From positions 310,001 through 374,000 of the forward strand of contig JAHDYR010000002.1 of NCBI GenBank assembly GCA_019828565.1: a stretch of 64,000 nt of DNA. The letters run 5' to 3'. The translations under genes were made by a program, and so were the position numbers. Below the pieces are notes generated by a model. It was not told the DNA's origin. It ran no database searches and saw nothing but the letters and a program-made list of their open reading frames with translations. This document shows, one piece after another, positions 49,523-58,279 of the stretch. The stretch is from Carpediemonas membranifera BICM. Lineage: Eukaryota; Protista; Fornicata. Numbering within the stretch: position 1 is the first letter of the stretch; each line of letters starts with the position of its first letter.

Positions 49523-50275
49523 CCTCCGTCTTGGCATTTGTTGAGGACAACACAGCTGTAAACGACAATAAGATGAAACAGAAGTAGCAAGCAATGTTTA
49601 ATAACGTATGAACAGTCCTTTTTGATGTTGTTTAGTGATTTTTGTGCATTAACGACCGAGAACAGTGGAGTGCAACGCAGATGTTGGTTATTGATGGTAG
49701 ATGGCGCGCTTTTGACGACAGCTGGTTGCTTTTGCAGTATAAAGAACCGCATAGCTGCCACTAGTTCCTTCCAATAATGCTTTCCCGCCATTTTGAGGTT
49801 GGAATGAAATTCCAAGCACCGTGCACTTTATGTAATTGCCCAATATCAACGCCACCCCCGCCCCCCAGCGCCTCCACGCCCCACGCCAACGCCACCTCCG
49901 CCCCCCTGGCGCTCAGTTCAGGAGATGTCCGGTCGATAAGCCATAAACTGCACGGATCCACAAACGTGGATTGGCCTGAACGACAGCGCTGAGGCCCAAA
50001 CAGGTGGTGAGACATTAAAAAGACTCATTTGCAATCCATTTACTCAGTCCTCACCCTCTTACCACTTGTCTCGATCTCTGAATCATCCTCTATTGTGTTG
50101 TCCGCATGCTTCTGCTTTTCGGGCGACTCTACATGAGTCACCCTTGCAGTGGACGTGGTTGTGGAGCACCCCCAGTGTCTCCACGTCCGCCACCAGCGCC
50201 AGATCCGCCACCATGCCCTACATCAGCACATTTGTGTATTTACTTTTGTAAATTTGTCCTATTGCTATTGAAGCA

Positions 50276-52843
50276 ATGCGTTTCGAGAACTGGGAAGTCG
50301 TCATCACCTATGGGGCGGACAGTTCTCTTGGATCTATCATCACCGCTGTCTTAGACGAGTTTCTGCTCCGAAACCGCGACAAATCGTTTCGTTTAGACAG
50401 CAAGGAGCAGTGCTTGCGCATTCTCCGAGATTTCCTGACGTCATGTCCACTGAGGGTGACACATAGTGATGCTACGTTACGTAGTGCAGTCGTTAATGCT
50501 GATTGGAGCGCATTGATGAGGAATCACAGCACTGCTCATGTGACTGTTACGCGAGTCGACAACGAGGCGAAGACGAAGAGCCTATACACGGCCATGGCAA
50601 TTATCTGTGCCGTCGAGTTAGGGAAGAATCGCTACGACCGACTCCGCCATGCATTTGTTTCAATGGCCTCCGACATGGGAGTTCGCCTTGGAATTCACAC
50701 TCCACCGGTGGTAGACAGTCTCCAGAATCTTGGGTATGACCTGCTGTCCATCCCAGCCATACGATCTGTTATATCAGACCCAACACTGATCGAGGACGTC
50801 AACGCGTTCACTCCTGAGCAGCCCGATGTCTCTGGGCGTGATGGGGTGTCTAACCAAGAGCTTCAATGTCAAGCAGGAGCCGGTTTCACGCGTAGCGTGG
50901 AAGTCGCGGAGGCTTTTTACGTCCTATATGACCCAACCACCCACACCGACCTGCAAGAGACTCTCGATGAACACGACTGCCTCTTCGCTCACCACTTCGA
51001 GAAGATATCGGGGGAGTCACGGCTATACATTTCGCATGATGATCCATCCAAGCTGCCGGAGATTCAGAGATTATGCCGGAACATGGGCATCATTCCGCGT
51101 GGAACAAAGAAATCTCACCGGATGGTGATCAGCGCTCTGTCCTATGACCCTGTCGCCCAGATTAAGTTCATGCTGAAGTTCCCCGACCGAGTTCAGCGCG
51201 ATATCAAGTCAAGCAAGTTCGTTCAATCCGTCACTATTAACCCGGAGAGCCGACAGGAGGCTTATGGTCTTGAGATGCTCCTATGGTTTGATGGATATCG
51301 GGCCGACTGTACGGCGGTCAAATATCGCATAATTGATCGCGAGGGAGCAGCCCTACCACAGAAGATTACCCCACCCATGACGCTTCTTACATTTCAGGGC
51401 ACAGAGAAGCTCATTCCTTCGTTCTTTGATGATGTACAGCGGCTAATGAACAAGCTCATTGGTATCCCCTTCGCATGTGGTGACAGTTCGTTGCTCCCAC
51501 GCAGCCGTGTTGTCATCAGCCTGCTCGGGATCTGCGGCGATCACAAAGCGTTGCAGATTGTTAGTGGCGTCAAGCGGGGACGATACTACCGCTCTCCATT
51601 CTCCTCCCTACACATGGGAAAGGTCGCAAGCGACCCGTTTGCCAATCGTTGCGATCGCTGGACAATCGCAGATAGCATCCGTCTTCGTGACGCTGGTGGC
51701 GTGAAAGACATGACACGGTTTGGGTCCCGCGATGGTCACCGAGATGTCTGCTGTCTGACCTATGCCAACGAGATAGATGGCCCACTTCACGTGCTCACAA
51801 AGTACGCTGATGTCACGTTCATTCCACCTGTCATGCATGTGAGTCACTATCTTATGAAGGACTTCTGGACGCTGCTTGGCCTTGTCAAGGTTCAACACGC
51901 TGGTCAGAACGTGCACACACTTGAGCAGATTGAAAAGCTGTTCACGCGGACAACTGGCTGCAACGAGCAGAGCTGGAACAGACGAAAGCTCGCGACACTA
52001 GTCAACGAGCACCTTGAGGAGTTTGACCAGTCACTCCAGCCCTTCATACTCCTTACAGCCAAGTTACAGGCGTTGTATTACTCCTCTGACCACGTGACAC
52101 ACCAGACAATCGCTTTCCATCACGCGGCGTCCTTTTCTACGTTCATTATGTTCCATGTCTTGACGTTGTTCTATGACCTTCCATCGAGTCGCTCCTCGGT
52201 TGCTACGACGCTCAATGATGGTCTCAGACTGACTTACTCTCCCAAGTTTACCGGCTCGCTATATCTGAATGCAGTGGTGTCAGTTCTGCCCAAGGTTCAC
52301 TCGAAACTGCGGCTTCCGATGTTCTATTTGCTTGAGGAGTACTTCGAACGTGATTTCCTCATCATCAATGCCCAGTTGCGAGTGGACAAGCATCGATCTT
52401 GGGTTCTCGGCTTCCTGGCTCAGAAGACAATGGTCGGTCGTGTCCTTGCTCACTACACCCGCCGTGGCTCATCGAGAAAGCATGGTATGGTGTTGCCGAT
52501 TGCAAGGCAGTGTAAGTCTGTCACATTCTGCTCGTGTCTATTTGATGCCGACCGGTGTGCCGCCTGGAGAAATCGTCTATTAACTAAGGTACCCAACTGG
52601 GATAGGGAGGCGAGCCAACAGTCGCTGAATGCGCTGTTTAGTGGATGGGTCAAGGGTATCTGTGAGGAGCCGGAGGAGATCCGGGAACTCATCACTGTTG
52701 ACGAGACAGCCAAGACGATTTGTGTAAGGACGGCGGACAGTGGTCTGGATGAGACTCTCTGCATCTGCAATCTGTGCAACAGTGAGCAGCGAGCGGAGGA
52801 GCTGATGAGGAGGACTGGGCACAATCTTCGCCCGAGAAGATAG
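50276..52843 (+). CDS. Transposase of element C (855 aa, intact)
   Basis: Motifs WFDG, ICGDHKAL, PPVMH, RTTGCNEQ, LEEYFERDF and LCICNLC. Confidence 0.8.
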   Translation: MRFENWEVVITYGADSSLGSIITAVLDEFLLRNRDKSFRLDSKEQCLRILRDFLTSCPLRVTHSDATLRSAVVNADWSALMRNHSTAHVTVTRVDNEAKTKSLYTAMAIICAVELGKNRYDRLRHAFVSMASDMGVRLGIHTPPVVDSLQNLGYDLLSIPAIRSVISDPTLIEDVNAFTPEQPDVSGRDGVSNQELQCQAGAGFTRSVEVAEAFYVLYDPTTHTDLQETLDEHDCLFAHHFEKISGESRLYISHDDPSKLPEIQRLCRNMGIIPRGTKKSHRMVISALSYDPVAQIKFMLKFPDRVQRDIKSSKFVQSVTINPESRQEAYGLEMLLWFDGYRADCTAVKYRIIDREGAALPQKITPPMTLLTFQGTEKLIPSFFDDVQRLMNKLIGIPFACGDSSLLPRSRVVISLLGICGDHKALQIVSGVKRGRYYRSPFSSLHMGKVASDPFANRCDRWTIADSIRLRDAGGVKDMTRFGSRDGHRDVCCLTYANEIDGPLHVLTKYADVTFIPPVMHVSHYLMKDFWTLLGLVKVQHAGQNVHTLEQIEKLFTRTTGCNEQSWNRRKLATLVNEHLEEFDQSLQPFILLTAKLQALYYSSDHVTHQTIAFHHAASFSTFIMFHVLTLFYDLPSSRSSVATTLNDGLRLTYSPKFTGSLYLNAVVSVLPKVHSKLRLPMFYLLEEYFERDFLIINAQLRVDKHRSWVLGFLAQKTMVGRVLAHYTRRGSSRKHGMVLPIARQCKSVTFCSCLFDADRCAAWRNRLLTKVPNWDREASQQSLNALFSGWVKGICEEPEEIRELITVDETAKTICVRTADSGLDETLCICNLCNSEQRAEELMRRTGHNLRPRR

Positions 52844-53864
52844 ATAGATGGATAATCGGAGTATGTATATAAAGGGTTCTTTATGTTTACACTATCTTCA
52901 CCAATCTACAGTCAATTACGTCTATTGCGAGCGAAGAACAGCTTTCAGTAAGAAATTTGAGGCAACTGTCAGGTAATTCTTAGTAACGTCGTCGGCAATG
53001 GCGTAATAGTCATCCATTTCAGTCAAGTGACTCAGCTTAACGCGCATTTGCTTGATTTCGGCGATAAACTCGGCCCGCTTCATTCGTTTGTCATAAAGTG
53101 CATTCCGGCCATATCACAAGTTTTCTTCATCACAAGGCACGCACGGGGGTGTAAGCGGGACCGAGGCTACCACCACAGCCTCTTCTGAGCCGATGGATAC
53201 CTTTTGTTGATTTGCCAGAATTGACCAAACGACGAGGAATGCTTGATATGCCGCGTATGGATGATTTGAAGAAGAACTGAAGGTGAAAGACAAAGATCAT
53301 AGAAATATACATCATGCGGCTCACTTTTTGGAGACATTGGAGGTAAATTAGCTTTTAGGATCGTTTTTCGTTTGCCAGGCAAAGTTTTGAGTGTTTTCTC
53401 GAGAATACTCGATGCCGTATGCAATCTTGCTGCTATTTGATGCAGAACAAAGGTTGTTATGTGACACAGATGTTCTCACTTGCTTTCGGCCTTCTTTGTT
53501 GGCGAGCAAAAGCAAACTTCTTTGGGAGCAATTCCCAAAAATCGCATCTTTACGCACCCAGGAAATTTTATCTCGGCATACTGGACCAGTGGGGGAGGCA
53601 CGGCAGTCTATCCCGACCCTAGATGAACCATGAGACAGTTTTTCGACGAGAGTTTGTGCGATGCCACTGACTTCGCGAGTGAGGGTCTTCAGCATGTTGT
53701 ACGGATGTCTAAACGATGCCTTGTGCAAGTGCAAGGCGTAATACGCTGTAGTTTAATTGTTTGAGCGCGTTCATTTTTTCTTGCAATCGTCCTTTTTTCA
53801 TGTATTCCGGGACTTATTCCGGGACTTAAAGTCCCGGTTAAAGTACCAGAAAAAACAGCATGAA

Positions 53865-54596
53865 ATCAACACAAGCTACCACAGGTCCATAGGAACGACC
53901 CCGGACCAGGCGGCGCACGGCATAACGTGGAGACCGACGAACGCACTCCAGCTCATCGGTATACCGACGACGCTCGAGACGGAAGACCTCGACTCACTCA
54001 ACGAAGAGATCCGACAGCTGATGCTGAAGAAGACCGCGATGATCGCCGAGAGAGAGAGGAAGGAAGAGGACGAGACCGAGGACGCTGAAACGATCGAGAC
54101 AGGCGACTATGTGCTCCTGCTTCCGCCCCACGGCGACGGAAAGATTCGGAACATCTGGAAGGGACCTTTCCAAGTCAAGGAGCCACACGGGCCCTTCGGA
54201 TTCACCATATCCGACTTGACAGACCCGCAGAGAGAGCTGACCGTCCACCGCGAGCGAATCCGCAAGTTCCACGCTGGACCGCTTTCAGTCGAAGACCTGG
54301 TGCAGCTCGCAGCCACCGACGGCAACGAACGGCTGATTGACTCCATCCAAGACCACCGCACGACTCCCGAGGGACGTCGCGAGTTCCAGGTACGCTGGTT
54401 CGGACTCGCCGACGGTGAGGAGACCTGGGAGGACTTCGACACCCTCCGGGACACCCAGCCACTCGCGGACTACCTTGAGGCTCATCCTGAGTCGGTCGTG
54501 GGGAGGGCATCTGTCGCAGGCGCAGCCGGCGCAGCCCGACTCATGACGACCTTAGACTGCGCGAGTCGTGGAGTCACGCAGGGTGACTCCACGTGA
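53865..54596 (+). mobile_element. Gypsy-2 part 2: integrase C-terminus, GPF motif and chromodomain
   Basis: WKGPF; IDSIQDHR...FQVRWFG...TWE. Confidence 0.9.
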
Positions 54597-54658
54597 GTCA
54601 CTTCATCAGGGAATAAACCTTTATGCACTCAGAGCTCACACCACACCGCTTGACAACA
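54512..54658 (+). repeat. Probable 3' LTR of gypsy-2 (~145 bp)
   Basis: PPT GGGGAGGG precedes TGTCG; AATAAA at ~54612; ends ACA at 54655 or 54658. No 5' LTR is available to confirm it. Confidence 0.55.
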
Positions 54659-56335
54659 GGGGTCAAGTGGTGCCGACCGCCTCAGAAAGAAAATGAAAAG
54701 GCAAGGTGCCAAGAGGGCCCACTCCCAGGGCGCTGGGTGGAATGTTCCTCGTTCCCCGACGAGTGCACGGCACCGCATCCCAAGCGAGCGTCACGAGTTT
54801 ATCGAGCAATGGCACACCCTCACGCCAGCTTGAACACGCCGTCCGCCCCCACCAGCAGCCCCTGCCCCACGGCATCCGCAGCAGCATTGACTCGCAGTCG
54901 CCGCAAAGTACTGTATGTACCGCACCAGTGTGGTCTCCAAGAGTATTTATAAGTCGACACAAGGGTGTCGTCCTTTCTTTCAGACTAAAGTTTACCTTCT
55001 GACTACACCAGCCCCACAGCATCTATGTATCGGGCGAGCTGAATCGACACATATTGCCAACTTTTGGCTCACGAATCGCATGTGGACATCTCGCCTTGTT
55101 GAGCAGACACACTGCGGGTTCGGGAAGAAGAGCTTCGTGACACTGCCCATGGCTACGCTACTGGTAGAGATGACATAATGGGACCGGCGGGAGATATGCT
55201 CGGAGTCCCGGAGGCAGGTCAGCGACGGCTCTTTACGAATTTATCCGTGTCTGTTTACGATTTTCCATTTATCTCACGTAAATTGCTGGCTTATGCCGAC
55301 AGCCCTGCCGGAAGAAGCTCCAGCGGGTTGAACAGTCCCAGCTTGACGCACCACTTGTCATTTACTTTACGTGCGGAGTGAGGTTCGGTTCGCGGGCCAG
55401 CTTCCCCATCTTTTGCTCCAGACTATTCAGAGGTCGTTCGGAATAGTTCAACAGGACGAATATCTCCTGTGCAATCGTGCATCGCTCCCTGATGGTTCTT
55501 GTTTCGTGTGCACGGTTAACCAAACCAAGCAGGGTTGTCTCGTCCGCTGTAAAACGCTTCTTTGATTGAGATGATCTCGCCACAGGTGTTGTTTGCTGAG
55601 CAATCGTTGGCGTCTGCTCGGCTTCTTGATCACTCGGCGCCCGGGGTCCACGCGTCGACGTCGACTCGAACGATCTCTTCCTATAGTGAGGCCGACGGAG
55701 GTGCCTCGCACGCCATCATCAATGCCACTCCATCCGACATGCACCTCAAGCCACCGGTCAACCCTGCGAAATAACTTGAAGTCCCGACTCACAGCAGAAG
55801 CCTCGAATGGAACTGGAAACCTACTGTGGCCGGTGAAAACGTTTGTGACACCGGTGCACACCAAGCACAGTGCTTCAAAGGCGCAGAAGACTCCCTTCAC
55901 CTCTGGAGCGGGATGGCTGAGAAAACAACACTCGTTCGCTCTCAGACCCGGCAATAACCCCGACTGGGCGATCGCTCGAGTCACCCTGCCCGCGAAAAGA
56001 ACTCGGTGATGACTCAGGTACAAGTTGAATGCACGCCGGAGGAGAAGGATGCGCTTGTGGCACGGTCGACCCGATGGGGAATGACCTCGAAGCATGTCAT
56101 GCCTCTTGAATAACCAAGACCCACCCGACCGTGTTTGTTGAAGCCGCTGATCAGCAGCCGATCGCCCATGGAGAGGATCACTGCGCTGAACTCAATGTCG
56201 ATGTGATCTGGAACAAAGTCAGCGGGCAGTGGAACGGGCTGGAATCGAGGGCCGCACTACGCATCGGGTACGGGATCGACCTGAATCGCCACATGGAAAA
56301 CGAGGTCATGATTCGCATGGATAGCATCTCGCATT

Positions 56336-58150
56336 TTGGTGCGGACAAATACTGCAAGTCTGAGAAAAGGTTTACGACTCTGTCCACGCCTACTAGGCCG
56401 GGTGAGCATACATAATCGAACCAACGAGAGTGATATATCGTCGGCCAGGTATACTCGTAAATGGACCAACCTGAAGAAGAACGAAGGCTTAATGGGCAAA
56501 TCAGGCAAGCCAGCAAAAGCCGAGGCAAAGAAGAAAGCCGCTATCCGTCAAAAAGCTGCAGAAATGAAGTCAATGAGCAGCGAAACACAGAGCGAGCTCC
56601 GTGAACTCAAGCAGATGGTTCAAAAGGCCATGAACAACCCCACAACGCCTGCTCCGAAGCAGAGACAAGACAAAAGCAAGCAATGGAAGAGCAAGCACGA
56701 TGATCGCCAGTTCTCTGCGCCTGCGAGGCAACAAGGTCGCCACGGGCCTCAGATCCGGGACGCCACGTCATTCCAGACGCCCATCATAACAGAACCATAC
56801 AACCCACTCGAGGAGAAGTCCATGACTCTCATGCAACAGCTTTCACTCACTTCCAACGCCAATGGCTCTGCTCCTGCTGCGTTTAATACGCTGACTTCCC
56901 TCGCCGACGTAGACATCAAATCCTTCGTAGCATCCAAGACATATACTTCCAAGCAGCGCCTTCTAGTGAACGAGCGGCCCGACCAGCCCGGATCTGAGGG
57001 CTTCGGCTTCCTCGGAATCCAGGGAGGTGACGAGATCTGGCTCGCCTCAGGCCAACCGTTCACTGCTGTCCTCACGGGCGTCCAGGGCTCGGGCAAGTCA
57101 TACTCTTCTCTCGTCTTCCTCGAGAACATTCTCCTCAACGCACCGCCCATTTCTCATGGCAGATCGAGTGGCAGACCAACACTTGTTCTTCACTTTGATC
57201 GGGCAAAATCTACGTATTGCGAGGCTATCTCTCTGGCTCTGGAGACCCAGTTCGGTGCTGAGGTCGAGATTCCACGCGTTACAGTTCTCGTGTCACCCGA
57301 CAACTTCCTCGAGCGGTCACAACACCATTACAAGAGCATCCCAAACGTCAACGTCGAACCTCTTCTCTTCTCATTCGACGATATCGACGCACGCGACCTC
57401 AACACTCTGATGGGCCTTGAAGACGGAGCCCATAAGCCACTCTACGCCGGCGCCGTCATGACGGTCCTACGCCGTTTCCAGCGCACAGGCCAGCATCCCA
57501 AATGGCAAGACTTCCTCGGCCTTATTGAGCACATAGACCTCAACTTTTCCCAATCTCAGATGCTTCAGCAGAGAATTGATATGGTCAGTTCCATCATGAG
57601 GGAAAGCACGAGCAATGAGCAGTATTCCGACTACAGGACGCTAGACGCTGTCTTTGACGAGAGCGACGTGATTATTGTGGACCTCACGGATAGCCTGATA
57701 GACCCATCTTTCGCAGGCACGCTTTTCTCGATCATGATGCAACATTTCATCTCGATTCCCGGGCCTGGAAAGACTATTTTCCTTGATGAAGCGCACAAAT
57801 ACCTCACTTCTGCTCCTCTGTGCGAAGTGATGACCACAACAATCAGACAACAAAGGCATCTTGGGACAAGAATGCTCGTAAGCACGCAGTCGCCAGAAAC
57901 TGTACCAGCTGAGGTGCTCGAGCTCGCCAACATTGTTATCCTGCACGCGTTCCATTCCCCCGCTTGGGCCAGATATATATGTGAGCATGTTAATCTCAAC
58001 ATGACACCTCAGCAGCTTTTGAACGCCCTCGAGCTGCTACCACCAGGTAATGGGGTCTTCTTTGAGAGCACGGGTAGGATGTGCGGTGAAATCATGCAGT
58101 TTAGGCGCAGGTTGACGAGAGATTGCGGCAGTAGCAAGGTAAGCACTTGA
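56336..58150 (+). CDS. HerA/FtsK/VirB4-like P-loop ATPase (probable start ~56492)
   Basis: Walker A GVQGSGKS, Walker B IFLDEAH, RQQRHLG and STQSP. Confidence 0.85.
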   Translation: MVRTNTASLRKGLRLCPRLLGRVSIHNRTNESDISSARYTRKWTNLKKNEGLMGKSGKPAKAEAKKKAAIRQKAAEMKSMSSETQSELRELKQMVQKAMNNPTTPAPKQRQDKSKQWKSKHDDRQFSAPARQQGRHGPQIRDATSFQTPIITEPYNPLEEKSMTLMQQLSLTSNANGSAPAAFNTLTSLADVDIKSFVASKTYTSKQRLLVNERPDQPGSEGFGFLGIQGGDEIWLASGQPFTAVLTGVQGSGKSYSSLVFLENILLNAPPISHGRSSGRPTLVLHFDRAKSTYCEAISLALETQFGAEVEIPRVTVLVSPDNFLERSQHHYKSIPNVNVEPLLFSFDDIDARDLNTLMGLEDGAHKPLYAGAVMTVLRRFQRTGQHPKWQDFLGLIEHIDLNFSQSQMLQQRIDMVSSIMRESTSNEQYSDYRTLDAVFDESDVIIVDLTDSLIDPSFAGTLFSIMMQHFISIPGPGKTIFLDEAHKYLTSAPLCEVMTTTIRQQRHLGTRMLVSTQSPETVPAEVLELANIVILHAFHSPAWARYICEHVNLNMTPQQLLNALELLPPGNGVFFESTGRMCGEIMQFRRRLTRDCGSSKVST

Positions 58151-58279
58151 TTGGGGTGGGGTGAAGCTGGACGGATAAATTACGGTTACTATGGTGTTGC
58201 TGCTTGAATAGGCAATGCTATACCAATTCCACGTTGATTTATACACACTAAACTTACATACACACAACGCGTCCATAAA

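Larger units (their letters stand above)
31826..53862 (+). mobile_element. Element C: complete 22,037-bp DNA transposon, ~60-bp imperfect TIRs, 2-bp TSD (AA)
   Basis: TIRs at 31826-31885 and 53804-53862 begin CATGCTG. Removing the element and one AA restores the integrase frame IIQRQ-INTSYHRSIGTTP. Confidence 0.95.

Noticed and set aside
44155-53100. Nested Transib-like element bounded by CACTTTATG (44155) and CATAAAGTG (53092-53100)
   Set aside because: Only ~10 bp of inverted identity, no clear TSD, and the motif recurs in many other contexts.
1-53862. Endogenous giant virus, Polinton/Maverick, Helitron or Starship as the explanation for the cargo
   Set aside because: No DNA polymerase, capsid, Rep/helicase or intact YR captain was seen. 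TIRs, 2-bp TSDs and a DDE-like protein fit a cut-and-paste element.
54668-54682. TGGTGCCGACC as a primer-binding site starting a tandem retroelement
   Set aside because: No gag-like ORF follows, and it is offset from the likely LTR end.
55362-56095. Myb/SANT-like gene (KRFTADE...SLEQKMGKL)
   Set aside because: The resemblance is weak and I could not build a convincing gene model.
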